This document shows positions 9,356-18,995 of a stretch of DNA of 64,000 bases, piece by piece; the stretch's first letter is position 1, and every line of letters starts with the position of its first letter. This DNA comes from Thermoplasmata archaeon (lineage in GTDB: Archaea; Thermoplasmatota; Thermoplasmata; Lutacidiplasmatales; UBA184). The translations under genes and the position numbers were made by a program. Under the pieces are notes generated by a model, which had not been told where the DNA came from, searched no databases, and worked only from the letters and a program-made list of their open reading frames with translations. The DNA lies in NCBI GenBank assembly GCA_021809545.1, contig JAKAYL010000002.1, forward strand, positions 2,340 through 66,339. The letters run 5' to 3'.

Positions 9356-12300
9356 ATGTCGCGGCACGCCATGTTTTTCCGGAGGAATCGACGGAACGCG
9401 CAAGAAGGAACGTCACTGCCCGCACGGACGGAGCGAAAAGCGGCGGGATATCTGGTGGCCCTGGCGCTCTTGGTGGTCGTCCTCATGGCATTCTCCCCCG
9501 CCTACGCGAGCGTCTCCTCGGGAGTCTTCTCGGCCAAGTCCTCGGCGTCGTCCACGAAGCTCTCGGCCCAGGCTCCCTGGTCGATCCCTTCGGCACCTCA
9601 CGCCCACTTCATGCCGATCAGACCAGCGAACTCGAAGGCGATCACGTACAACACCACCGGGTGCAATTCCGGATACACCCCTCCCTGCTCGCTTGCCTCG
9701 GGCGGTGGACCCGTCATGCACAATCCCCAAGTCGTCATCGTCTTCTGGCTGCCGTCCGGCTACAGCTTTGATTCGACCGACACATCGACGATCAGCGCTT
9801 CGGACGCGATGTTCGAGCAGGTGATGAAAGGCTTCTTCATCAATTCCACCGGCAGTGGCTGGATGAGCATCGCCCAGCAGTATACCGACTCTTCTGGCGC
9901 TCCGGGTACCACCGTTACCCTGCTCAAGAGCGTCGTCATGACGAATGCATTCCCTTGCGGTACGTGCAATTCCGTCACTTCGCCGCTCTCGGACGCAAAT
10001 GTCCAGAGCGAGGTGTCGAGCGTGCAGTCCACCTACGGGACCCCGACGGGCTCCAACACGGAGTACTTCGTCTTTACCCCCCTCAACATTATCCAGTGCT
10101 TCAACAGTCCCGGACAGAGCGGTGGGTGCTCGGCGAACGCCCCGTCTGGGTACGCAGCATACTGTGCGTACCACAACTCCTTCACCTCGGGCGCCAACAC
10201 CTTCATTTACGCGGAGATGCCCGATGTCGGAACACTGCTCACCAGCTGCTCCACCTATGTGGATACCACGTATCCTTACGGGGCGAACGGGGACCAGTAC
10301 GCCGACTGGGAGATGAATGTGGCTTCTCACGAATTCATGGAGAGCATCACGGATCCCGAGCCCTCGACCGGCTGGACGGATTCCGGGAACGGGGGAGCCG
10401 AGATCGGTGACCTTTGCGCCTGGGTGTTTCCCCCGGCGCCCGGGTACGACGACATGGCGAACATCCTCCAGGACGTCCGCCCCTTCTATATCCAGCCGGA
10501 ATGGTCCAACTCGGCCAACGCCTGCGTTCTTCCGACAGAGCCTGCCAAGGCGGTTCCCTCCTTCACCACGAGCTTCGCACCCACGGTAGCGGCCGGCGGG
10601 ACGGAGAACATCTTCGTGAATGCGACAGATAGCGCGGCCCCCGCCGGATGGGCCAACGTCTCCGTCGAGTTCCCCTCCAACCCGTCGCTGGCCTCTCTTT
10701 CGGTCGTCTCGAGCACGTTCCCCGTGACTCCCACGGTCCTCGGAACCGGATCTGTGGTTGCCGGATGCTACTCGCTCTGCTCCCTCTCCGCAGGGTACCC
10801 GATCGTCGAGGCCCACGCCAACGCCTGGGCCGCGGGCACGACGTACTCGATGCAACTGGCCTTCACGCCTCCCGCGAATGGCAACTACACATTCTACGTG
10901 CACGACGTAAGCGCGGTCCCGGGCAGCGCCTTCGCCAATGCGTGGACCCCCCACAGCAACACGGTCGTCGACCAACTGAACGAGAATGTTACGAGCTACA
11001 CTTTCACGGTTGGCAGCGGCTCCTCCCCCCTCGCGGCGACGCTTACAGCCACCCCTTCATCGATCGCTTTGGGGTCGACCACGACCATAGCTACCTCGGC
11101 TTCCGGAGGGAGCGGCACGTACACCTATTCCTACACGGGACTCCCCACGGGATGCACTACCGCAAACCAGGTTTCCCTGAGCTGCACCCCCACGGCCCAA
11201 GGGAACTACACGGTGACCGTGAACGTCACGGATACCGCAGCACATTCGACCACGGCCACGACCACTATCACCGTGGGTCCGGCCGGAGTCACGGGACCCA
11301 CCATCTCGAGCTTCATCGTCTCCCCTAACCCCGTCACCCTGGGGAGCACTGCGGTCTACACCGTTACCGCATCGGGCGGTACCGCGCCCCTTGCCTACGC
11401 CTATGCCGGGCTCCCAACGGGGTGCACCACAGCCAACTCGGCCACCCTGAACTGTACCCCCACCGCGGCCGGTAACTTCTCGACCACGGTTACCGTCACC
11501 GATGCGAACTCGAAGTCGGCCACCTCGACGACCACGCTCTCCGTCACGCAGCCCCCGGGTCCCGTCGTGACCGCCTTCCTGGCGAGCCCCGCGATCATCA
11601 CCCTGGGGTCGACCAGCTACCTCAACGCGACCGTGACCGGAGGGACGGCACCCTACACCTACAACTATGTCGGGCTTCCCACAGGCTGCAGCAGCCAGAA
11701 TCTGGCGAACCTGGTCTGTACCCCGACGGTCTCCGGTGCGTTCACCGTCACGGTGACGGTCACGGACAGCAAGTCTCTCACGGCGTCCCAGTCGACGACC
11801 CTCACGGTGAACCAACCGCCCGCCCTCCTGATCTCCAGTTTCTCGGCCTCGCCGGCGAGCATCCAACTGGGACAGAGCACGACCCTCTCGGTCTCTGCGA
11901 GCGGCGGAACACAACCCTACACCTACAACTATACGGGACTCCCCTCGGGATGCACTTCCCAGGACCTCGCCTCCTTCGCCTGCACACCGGCGGGGATCGG
12001 AAACTTCACGGTGACGGTCTCGATCACGGACCCCGCGGGCCAGTTGGCGACCCAGACGACCACGGTTGCTGTGACGAACGCACCCGGCTCCCCCGTGATC
12101 AGCTCCTTCACCGCCTCCCCCTCGAGCGTAGTGCTGGGAGCAAGCGTAAGCTTCTCGGTCTTCGCATCCGGGGGAACGGCACCCTACACCTACGCGTACA
12201 CCGGGCTCCCGGCGGGCTGCGTCTCCACGAACGCTGCCTCGTTCTCCTGCGTCCCGACCGCCGCTGGGAACTACACGGTGGTGGCGAAGGTCACGGACTC

Positions 12301-13105
12301 GAAGTCGCTCTGGACTTCCGCGGCCGCCACCATTTCGGTCACCTCGGCCAGTGGAGGGATCTTGATCTCCTCGTTCGGAGTGAGCCCGAGCACAGCGTAC
12401 CTCAACTCCCAGGTCACGTTCTCGGTGTCCGCCACCGGAGGGACTGCCCCCTACTCGTACTCCTACACCGGGCTCCCCAGCGGATGTTTGTCTTCGAACC
12501 GGGCCACGCTCGCGTGCTCCCCGGCCCAGAGCGGGAGATTCACGGTCTCGGTCTACGTTTCGGACACCGCGGGCGGACGGGCCGCATCCTCGACCACGCT
12601 GACAGTGGACTCCTACTCCCAACTCGCGGCCTCGGCCACCCCCTCCGTCAACCCGGTCGCGGCGGGCTCCACCACGGTCATCACTGTGAGCGCCTCGGGG
12701 GGACAGTCTCCCTACAGCTACAGCTACACGGGGCTCCCGCAAGGCTGCACGAGCTCGAACACGAACTCGCTCTCCTGCACTCCGTCCCAGGCAGGGAACT
12801 TCACTGTGATCATCGTGGTCTCGGATAGCTCCGGCCAATCGAAGACCCTCTCTATGGCGTTGAGCGTCACGGCCGCTTCGAGCAACAACTCCGGCACCAT
12901 CCTGGGCCTGCCGAGCACCATCTTCCTCCTCCTGCTGGTCGTCCTCATCGTGGCCATCGTCGTGGTTGCGGTGGTGATCCGCCGGGGACGCACACGCCCC
13001 CCGCAGCCGCCCCCGCAGGTCCAGTCCTGGGCCCCACCCTCTCCCGGCTACCCCGCCCAGCCCGGCTGGCAACAGGGGCCACCCCCGCCCCCACCCCAAG
13101 GGTGA
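9356..13105 (+). CDS. Large membrane-anchored surface protein: Phi-1/EXORDIUM-like N-domain, 7 Cys-containing Ig/PKD-like repeats, C-terminal TM and Pro-rich tail
   Basis: Signal peptide; GGPVMH, YCAYH, SHEFMESITDP, GW-x-D and EIGDLC; seven Y-x-GLP-x-GC-x9-C-x-P repeats; hydrophobic helix followed by RRGR. Confidence 0.85.
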   Translation: MSRHAMFFRRNRRNAQEGTSLPARTERKAAGYLVALALLVVVLMAFSPAYASVSSGVFSAKSSASSTKLSAQAPWSIPSAPHAHFMPIRPANSKAITYNTTGCNSGYTPPCSLASGGGPVMHNPQVVIVFWLPSGYSFDSTDTSTISASDAMFEQVMKGFFINSTGSGWMSIAQQYTDSSGAPGTTVTLLKSVVMTNAFPCGTCNSVTSPLSDANVQSEVSSVQSTYGTPTGSNTEYFVFTPLNIIQCFNSPGQSGGCSANAPSGYAAYCAYHNSFTSGANTFIYAEMPDVGTLLTSCSTYVDTTYPYGANGDQYADWEMNVASHEFMESITDPEPSTGWTDSGNGGAEIGDLCAWVFPPAPGYDDMANILQDVRPFYIQPEWSNSANACVLPTEPAKAVPSFTTSFAPTVAAGGTENIFVNATDSAAPAGWANVSVEFPSNPSLASLSVVSSTFPVTPTVLGTGSVVAGCYSLCSLSAGYPIVEAHANAWAAGTTYSMQLAFTPPANGNYTFYVHDVSAVPGSAFANAWTPHSNTVVDQLNENVTSYTFTVGSGSSPLAATLTATPSSIALGSTTTIATSASGGSGTYTYSYTGLPTGCTTANQVSLSCTPTAQGNYTVTVNVTDTAAHSTTATTTITVGPAGVTGPTISSFIVSPNPVTLGSTAVYTVTASGGTAPLAYAYAGLPTGCTTANSATLNCTPTAAGNFSTTVTVTDANSKSATSTTTLSVTQPPGPVVTAFLASPAIITLGSTSYLNATVTGGTAPYTYNYVGLPTGCSSQNLANLVCTPTVSGAFTVTVTVTDSKSLTASQSTTLTVNQPPALLISSFSASPASIQLGQSTTLSVSASGGTQPYTYNYTGLPSGCTSQDLASFACTPAGIGNFTVTVSITDPAGQLATQTTTVAVTNAPGSPVISSFTASPSSVVLGASVSFSVFASGGTAPYTYAYTGLPAGCVSTNAASFSCVPTAAGNYTVVAKVTDSKSLWTSAAATISVTSASGGILISSFGVSPSTAYLNSQVTFSVSATGGTAPYSYSYTGLPSGCLSSNRATLACSPAQSGRFTVSVYVSDTAGGRAASSTTLTVDSYSQLAASATPSVNPVAAGSTTVITVSASGGQSPYSYSYTGLPQGCTSSNTNSLSCTPSQAGNFTVIIVVSDSSGQSKTLSMALSVTAASSNNSGTILGLPSTIFLLLLVVLIVAIVVVAVVIRRGRTRPPQPPPQVQSWAPPSPGYPAQPGWQQGPPPPPPQG
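11030..12880 (+). repeat. Seven tandem ~88-aa Ig-like coding repeats (GGT-x-PY-x-Y-x-Y-x-GLP-x-GC)
   Basis: Counted in the translation of 9356..13105; boundaries approximate. Confidence 0.8.
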
Positions 13106-13201
13106 GACTCCGTTCCGGAACCTCTCTTGTGCCCCCGCTCCTTCGGGTGACCCGGTCTCCAAGGAGTGGGGGAAGTACGCGGGGCGCCACGAGCCCGGAA
13201 G

Positions 13202-13521
13202 CTAGGGGCGATAGGGAAACCACCCACGGACCCGGGAAGCGTCTTCCCCGGGGACCTGCAGGGCCTGCCACGGCAGCTTAGCTGCGAACGCACAGATCAG
13301 AGACCCAATCGGACGAAATGATCACCTGAGCAGGATAGGGGGCACGTCAGACCTGCCCTCCCACTCTGCTCAGGAGCGCATCAAAGTGCGGATCCCAACC
13401 ACCACAACGCGCTCGCCTGACAACTCGCTCGTAGCACACCGGACCCCATCTCGGGAACCGGAACGGACCCGTTACGCGCGAGGAAGGGTTCCCAGGGAAC
13501 GGCCCAGGGGCCGTCCCCTAG
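13202..13521 (+). ncRNA. Candidate ~320-nt structured RNA between convergent genes
   Basis: Terminal CTAGGGG/CCCCTAG pairing encloses several hairpins. The SRP and RNase P signature motifs are absent. Confidence 0.3.
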
Positions 13522-13530
13522 GGGGTTCGT

Positions 13531-14730
13531 CTAGAACGTGGTGAACTTCCCCGTGAGGAGCAGTTCGGGGACCGTGTTCGCCTTGGCGAGCCAGGCGTCG
13601 GCAACGGCCTCCGCGTTCTTCCGGACCTTCTCGTCGGATACACCGTCGGCAGGGAGGATGCTCAGGGTGGCAATCTGGGGCTGGTCCACCGGCTTCCCGA
13701 TCTGGGAGAGGATCCGGGTATGGACCTCCTTGATGTTCCCGGCGGCTTCCTTCACGATGTCGGCCGAGATCTGGTTGGCGAGGACATTGTAGATCTTCCC
13801 GACGTGGTTCACGGGGTTCTTCCCGCTCGCCGCCTCGAGGCTCATCGGACGGTAGGGAGTGATGAGACCGTTGGCGCGGTTGCCGCGGCCGGTGGATCCA
13901 TCGTCCCCGTTCTCCATGGAGAGTCCGGTCACCGTGAGGTAGTAGACCCCGCGCTTCTCATCGTCACCGGTGTTCACGTTCACGGCGACCTGGCGCTTTG
14001 CGATCTTGGCCGCGTTGTCGAGGACCTTCTGGGCGATCTCCTCCTTTACGCTGTGATACTCTTTCGGGTCCTTGAGCTCGCCACCCACCAGGGCGGCGGC
14101 GATCGTGAGGGTGATCTTGTTGCCGCGGCGGCAACCCATGACCTTGACGTCTTCCCCCAGCGCCGGGAGCTTCTTCTTGTACTCCGTGGTGAGGAATTTC
14201 TCGGTCTGCAGCACCAGAGTCTCGGTCTCGGAGAAAGGGGCAAACCCGCAGCCGAAGGAAGTGTCGTTGGCAAGGATCCCCTCGCCCGCAAAGACCCCGC
14301 GGAGGTCGACGGACCCTTGGCCCAGCCGGCACTCGAGCTTGAGGTCCTTCTCAACATCCACGTGAGAAACGACGCTCTTGAGATAGTCGGTGGCCGCCTT
14401 CATGGCGACCTCCTTGTAGGGGAGGGATTCTCCGTCGACCTTCGTCGTGGCTCGGCCGACGAGTACGACCGTGGCCGGGGAGATGATCTTGCCGCCGCCG
14501 AAGGCGGGTTCTGCCTCGCCCCCGATGACGTGCGTTTCATCGGTGTTATGATGGAGGATGCGCCCAAAGCGGTCCTTGTACATACGGGACAGGGCTCGGC
14601 TCACCGACTCGGAGATTCCGTCGCAGATGCTGTCGGGGTGGCCGATACCTTTCCGCTCGACAAGCTCTACGGGTCGGTCCTCGATGTATCCAATCTTCAG
14701 AGGCTCTGCCTCTATGTTCCGCTTAGCCAT
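13531..14730 (-). CDS. mat: Archaeal-type S-adenosylmethionine synthetase
   Basis: VELVERKGIGHPDSICD, ILHHNTD, ANDTSFG, GEDVKVMG, GRGNRANGLITPYRPMSLEAASGKNPVNHVGKIYN. Confidence 0.96.
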   Translation of the reverse strand: MAKRNIEAEPLKIGYIEDRPVELVERKGIGHPDSICDGISESVSRALSRMYKDRFGRILHHNTDETHVIGGEAEPAFGGGKIISPATVVLVGRATTKVDGESLPYKEVAMKAATDYLKSVVSHVDVEKDLKLECRLGQGSVDLRGVFAGEGILANDTSFGCGFAPFSETETLVLQTEKFLTTEYKKKLPALGEDVKVMGCRRGNKITLTIAAALVGGELKDPKEYHSVKEEIAQKVLDNAAKIAKRQVAVNVNTGDDEKRGVYYLTVTGLSMENGDDGSTGRGNRANGLITPYRPMSLEAASGKNPVNHVGKIYNVLANQISADIVKEAAGNIKEVHTRILSQIGKPVDQPQIATLSILPADGVSDEKVRKNAEAVADAWLAKANTVPELLLTGKFTTF

Positions 14731-14858
14731 CGGTCAAAGCACCAGGGGCTCCATTTGGGTTGCCCTTTAAAGGCTTTCGTAGCGGAGACCTCTTCACCCA
14801 GGGACCCATCGGTCCCTTTCTCGCTAAATACGCTTTGCGTTTGCGCTGGGGACGAGGC

Positions 14859-14931
14859 GCCACTGTAGCTCAGTTGGCAGAGCAGCTGATTCGTAATCAG
14901 CAGGCCGAGGGTTCAAGTCCCTCCAGTGGCT
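14859..14931 (+). tRNA. tRNA-Thr (anticodon CGT), no encoded CCA, no intron
   Basis: GCCACTG/CAGTGGC acceptor stem, TAGCTCAGTTGGCAGAGC D arm, GCTGA-TTCGTAA-TCAGC anticodon arm, GGTTCAAGTCC T arm. Confidence 0.95.
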
Positions 14932-14951
14932 CATTACGGCTAGGAAACCGT

Positions 14952-15770
14952 TCAAGCCCCGCCGAGCGTCACCAGGAAGTCCGTGAGGACCCCCAGGATG
15001 AACCCGACGACCACGAAAAGGATCACAACGTCGCGCGTGGCCGGAGCCAGCATGGGCCGGGACATCTGGAGCACCACGTAGAGGATGGCCCCGGCCGCAA
15101 GCCCGTAGAAGAGCACGGAAAGTACGTCCGAGGAGTAGAGGCTACCGACCAGCGTGCCCACGAACGTCGGGCCCCCCCCGATGAGGCCCAGGGCAAAGAT
15201 CCGGCGGAGGGAATACCGGCTCCCGGCCATCATCCCCGGGGCCAGGATCCCGAAACCCTCGGTCGAGTTGTGTGCGGCGAAGCCGATCACCAGCACGATC
15301 GCGAGGGGAAGTCCCGCGGCATACGAGGCCCCGATGGCGAGACCCTCCGAGAGATTGTGCATCCCGATCCCGACGGCGATGATCGTGGAGAGGTGCAAGG
15401 GCTGGAGCGCACCATTCCCCTGGGTTGCGTCCCCTGCGGCGGCCCGGACCCGGCGAGTGAAGAGCTTCTCGAAGTAGAGGAGGGAGAGAACGCCCCCGGA
15501 GAAACCCACGAGCAGGACGACCAGATCCAGGGCTGCTCCGGCGCTCGCGGAGAAAGATCCGGTCACAACCCCGCTGGCGACGATCTCATGGGCGTTCGAG
15601 AGGACGTCAACGAAGAGGAACAGGAGGATCCCGACGGCCAGGGCAGAGAGGGCGGCACGCGTGCGGTCCGATAACCCCCGGGCCCGGGCCAGCGGCAGTC
15701 CCAGAAAGATCGTGAACCCCGCGAACGCTCCGAGTACGAAGATTTGCCACTCTGCGGGAGATGTGCTCAC
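14952..15770 (-). CDS. ZIP-family divalent metal transporter
   Basis: Multi-TM protein with GIGMHNLSEGLAIG and AAHNSTEGFGI motifs. Confidence 0.9.
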   Translation of the reverse strand: MSTSPAEWQIFVLGAFAGFTIFLGLPLARARGLSDRTRAALSALAVGILLFLFVDVLSNAHEIVASGVVTGSFSASAGAALDLVVLLVGFSGGVLSLLYFEKLFTRRVRAAAGDATQGNGALQPLHLSTIIAVGIGMHNLSEGLAIGASYAAGLPLAIVLVIGFAAHNSTEGFGILAPGMMAGSRYSLRRIFALGLIGGGPTFVGTLVGSLYSSDVLSVLFYGLAAGAILYVVLQMSRPMLAPATRDVVILFVVVGFILGVLTDFLVTLGGA

Positions 15771-15813
15771 GGGAACTTCCCCCGAGAAAGACCCCGAACG
15801 GTATTTAAGCGGA

Positions 15814-15850
15814 CTGTTTGTGAAGAAACTAAGTAAGTGTTCACAAACAG
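15814..15850. promoter_or_regulatory. Perfect 11-bp inverted repeat CTGTTTGTGAA-N15-TTCACAAACAG next to the ZIP promoter
   Basis: Seen directly. It lies just upstream of a minus-strand TTAAATA box about 33 nt before the ZIP start. Confidence 0.55.
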
Positions 15851-15947
15851 AACACGGACCACGGCCTCCGCGCCGGGGAGGTTTTCAGGGAGAAGGTTCC
15901 TCTTCGCAACTACGAAAGATTAACTTCCCCTGTGTATTCGGTGAGAC

Positions 15948-16526
15948 GTGCCCAAAGGAAGAAGGGCGGTCAACCAGCCACCGAAGGAATTCGCCGTGAA
16001 CCGGAAGCTCGAGGAGGGGAGGCATCCCCTCCGGTCGGTGTTTCCCGGACTCGAGGATATCCCAGCGTTCCGGGCCGTGGCCCAGAAGGATCCCCGAGGA
16101 ACGGCCGAACTCGCGAAGTCGGAGATCGAAGTGGTCGCCGCGGACGTCTGGATGTACGTTGCTCCCGCCACCGAGAAGGAGATTGGGGGACGAAGGGAAG
16201 GATGGACTCCCGTCTTCTCCGGGGGGAAGGACGTGATCGTCGTGGGCAGGAACCACCTGGTCGAGAGCCCCGAGATCCTGCTCTACCTCGACATCCTCCA
16301 CGAGCTCTGCCACATCACCCAGCGTCACCGGGGGCTCTCACTCTGGGACCAGGAGTATGATTACGTGGACCGGCCCACGGAACTCGAGGCCTACCAGTTC
16401 GTGATTGACGAGGCCCGGCGGCTGGGGGCCACCACCCCCTTCCTCCAGGAGTACCTGAAGGTGGAGTGGGTCTCGGATGAGGATTATCTCCGTCTGTTGG
16501 AGAAGATGGGACTTTCTTCGAAATGA
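15948..16526 (+). CDS. Hypothetical protein with HExxH zincin-like motif
   Basis: ILHELCHITQR followed by PTELEAY; stop overlaps the signal peptidase start (ATGA). Confidence 0.7.
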   Translation: MPKGRRAVNQPPKEFAVNRKLEEGRHPLRSVFPGLEDIPAFRAVAQKDPRGTAELAKSEIEVVAADVWMYVAPATEKEIGGRREGWTPVFSGGKDVIVVGRNHLVESPEILLYLDILHELCHITQRHRGLSLWDQEYDYVDRPTELEAYQFVIDEARRLGATTPFLQEYLKVEWVSDEDYLRLLEKMGLSSK

Positions 16527-17536
16527 CACAGACCAAGTCGCCCCGGTCAAAGGGGGAGTATCTCAGCTCCCGCAGCCACAATCGCAGGGAACGGATGCGG
16601 CGCATCATGAAGTCGCCCCTCTTCGAGCCCCTCGTGGCCGTCGCCGTCATCCTCCTGATCGTGACCTCGCTCTTCGCCTACACCGGCACCTGGCCGCCGA
16701 TGGTGGTCATCGAATCCCAGAGCATGCAGCACGGGTACAACGATGTGCCCGGCATCATCAACACGGGGGACATCGTCCTTGTCAAGCACGAGGTCAACAC
16801 CCAGGATCTGACGACCTACGTGGAGGGTGAGGTCAACGGTTTCTCGACCTATGGGGAGTACGGGAACGTCCTGCTCTACATCCCCCACGATGCCCTAGGG
16901 GACGTCCTGAGCACCACCCCTGTCATCCACCGGGCCATCGTTTACCTCCAGTACGACGGGGCCTCGGGATACTCCTTCCCTTCGGTCTTTGCGCTGAATT
17001 GTCCCACCCAGTATGTGGTGATCAATCCCGTGGGAGTGCGTACGTGCCCGACCTACCCGTCGGAACCCGAGCTCGGCCAGCTCGTCCTCTACGGGGTCGG
17101 CTGGCAGGGGGTCACGGTCGACATCAATCTCAACGCCCTGATTCAGCAACGGGAGACCTACTCGGGGTACATCACGATGGGGGACAACAACATCAACTAC
17201 GGTTCGAACCCCGCTTCGGGGGAATACGATCAGCAAGGGGGATGCCTCATCTCCTGCCTGGTGCAGCCCAGCTGGATCGAGGGCGTGGCCCGGGGGATGA
17301 TCCCCTGGTTCGGGGCGCTGAAACTGTGGCTGGAGGGGAACAGCGGCGAAGTGCCATCCCAGACGTGGGTCTATCTTGCCGTCTCGATCCTGGCGATCAT
17401 CGCTATTCCCCAGGTTCTTCCCTGGACCTACCGACGTCTTCGGGATAAGCTTCAGAGCCGGCATGGGGGGCGAGATTCGGAAGATGAGGAGGCTTCCCCG
17501 CCAGATAGCCGTCCACCCAAGACAGGCCCTCCTTGA
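16523..17536 (+). CDS. Signal peptidase I (S26, archaeal Sec11-type)
   Basis: N-terminal TM, VVIESQSMQH (catalytic Ser), TGDIVLV, PVIHR (His) and TMGDNN. Confidence 0.88.
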   Translation: MTQTKSPRSKGEYLSSRSHNRRERMRRIMKSPLFEPLVAVAVILLIVTSLFAYTGTWPPMVVIESQSMQHGYNDVPGIINTGDIVLVKHEVNTQDLTTYVEGEVNGFSTYGEYGNVLLYIPHDALGDVLSTTPVIHRAIVYLQYDGASGYSFPSVFALNCPTQYVVINPVGVRTCPTYPSEPELGQLVLYGVGWQGVTVDINLNALIQQRETYSGYITMGDNNINYGSNPASGEYDQQGGCLISCLVQPSWIEGVARGMIPWFGALKLWLEGNSGEVPSQTWVYLAVSILAIIAIPQVLPWTYRRLRDKLQSRHGGRDSEDEEASPPDSRPPKTGPP

Positions 17537-18995
17537 GAGCCAACGGCAACTGAGAGAGGATGTCCGAGGCCCGGATCCCGTAGCTCTGCTTTTCAAAGAG
17601 CCCTAGGGAGGCGTGGCCGATCCAGTAGGAGCTCAGGCGAGCCGCCTGGAAGGCGGTCAACCGGCGGGCCATGAGCGAAGCGGCGAGGCCCGAAAGGACG
17701 TCCCCCGCACCCCCCACGACGAGCGAGGGGTGATGGGTCGTGTTCTCCCGGAGGTCGTGACCGTCCGTGATGACGTCGATGTCGCTCTTGTAGAGCAGCG
17801 TGGCCCCCAACTGGTGGGCAAGCTTGCTGAGTTGCTCCCGGCGCTCGATCCGCTTCACCGAAACGTCGTAGCCGACGATGCGGTAGAGCTCGCGACGGTT
17901 AGGGGTGAGGAGGAGCTTCTCGTGGACGTCCCCAAACAGGGGACGGGTCTCCCGGATCGCGGCGAGCCGGGTGCCGTCGGCGTCGAGCACCACGGGGATC
18001 CGAGGAAGGCTCCGCTCGAGGAGCGCCGAGAACGCCTGGACCGTACCGTGGTCGAAACCGGCGCCGTTCCCGACTAGGAGTGCGTCGGGGTGAAGGCTCT
18101 CCACGGTCTTCCAGAGCTCGTCCGAATCTCCGGCGGAAAAGGTCCCGTCCCGGCCGACGCTCCGGACGATGAGATCCGGCGAATATCCGCGGATGATCGT
18201 GGCCGCCGGCTCGGGCGCCACGACGAACACCATGTCGACACCCGCGGAGAGAGCGGAAAGGGCCGCCAGCGCGGGAGCCCCGGTGTAGGGCCCGCCCCCG
18301 ACGACCACGAGCCGGCCGCTGTCCCCCTTCGAGGTCGACTTCCCGGGTCGGGGAAAGAAGAGGTACTCCCCAGGACCGGTCTCCTCGAGAGATTCCCTGG
18401 GGAACCCGATGGAACGGATCACGACCTCCCCTACATCGGCGTGGGTCATGCCTTCCTTCGGAACCTCGAGCGCGACCGTCCACCGGGGACGGAGCGCGGT
18501 GGAAGTGCCCAGACCGGTCGGAAGATCCACCGAGAGCACGTCGACCCCGGACTCCCGGATCGCTTTCACGGCGGAGAGATACGGCTCCCGGAGCTCATCC
18601 CTCCCCCCGGTCCCGATCATGGCATCGACGACGACGTCCAACTCCTTGAGCTTCGAGACGTCGGGAACCCCGATGTTGATCCCGGGGAAGTCCACGATCA
18701 TCTCGAAGCGGCGCCGGGCCGCCCGGGTGCGGATATCACGCCGGTGGACGATGAGCCATAGATCGACGGCGTAGCCCTTGCTACGGAGGTAGAGAGCGGC
18801 GGCGAACCCGTCGCCCCCGTTATTGCCCCCTCCGCAAACGATCCCGATCCGACCCTCGGGAGGAGCCCGGGCATGCTTGGCCGCTTCCTCGGCGACGGCA
18901 CGCCCCGCGTGGTCCATCAGGTTGTCAATGGTCGCCCCCCGGGCGACCGCGTTCGCCTCGAGGACGGCGACGTCAGCGAGCCCGTACGGCCGCAT
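17403..18995 (-). CDS. nnr: Bifunctional NAD(P)H-hydrate epimerase/dehydratase
   Basis: LMDHAGRAVA, CGGGNNGGDG, VDAMIGTG, SVDLPTG, KGDSGRLVVVGGGPYTGAP, VLDAD, LTPNRRE and GGAGDVLSG. ATG 18995 overlaps the upstream TAA. Confidence 0.92.
   Translation of the reverse strand: MRPYGLADVAVLEANAVARGATIDNLMDHAGRAVAEEAAKHARAPPEGRIGIVCGGGNNGGDGFAAALYLRSKGYAVDLWLIVHRRDIRTRAARRRFEMIVDFPGINIGVPDVSKLKELDVVVDAMIGTGGRDELREPYLSAVKAIRESGVDVLSVDLPTGLGTSTALRPRWTVALEVPKEGMTHADVGEVVIRSIGFPRESLEETGPGEYLFFPRPGKSTSKGDSGRLVVVGGGPYTGAPALAALSALSAGVDMVFVVAPEPAATIIRGYSPDLIVRSVGRDGTFSAGDSDELWKTVESLHPDALLVGNGAGFDHGTVQAFSALLERSLPRIPVVLDADGTRLAAIRETRPLFGDVHEKLLLTPNRRELYRIVGYDVSVKRIERREQLSKLAHQLGATLLYKSDIDVITDGHDLRENTTHHPSLVVGGAGDVLSGLAASLMARRLTAFQAARLSSYWIGHASLGLFEKQSYGIRASDILSQLPLALKEGLSWVDGYLAGKPPHLPNLAPHAGSEAYPEDVGRSREEPGE

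Noticed and set aside
11030-12880. Regularly spaced repeats as a CRISPR array or diversity-generating cassette
   Set aside because: They are degenerate in-frame protein domain repeats, and no cas or reverse transcriptase genes are present.
13202-13521. Possible SRP RNA or RNase P RNA
   Set aside because: Neither the SRP helix-8 motif nor the RNase P GAGGAA-x-x-UCC and 3' conserved motifs were found on either strand. Kept only as an unknown structured candidate.
14859-14931. tRNA-Thr as an integration site for an island
   Set aside because: No integrase and no duplicated tRNA 3' end were noticed in the window.
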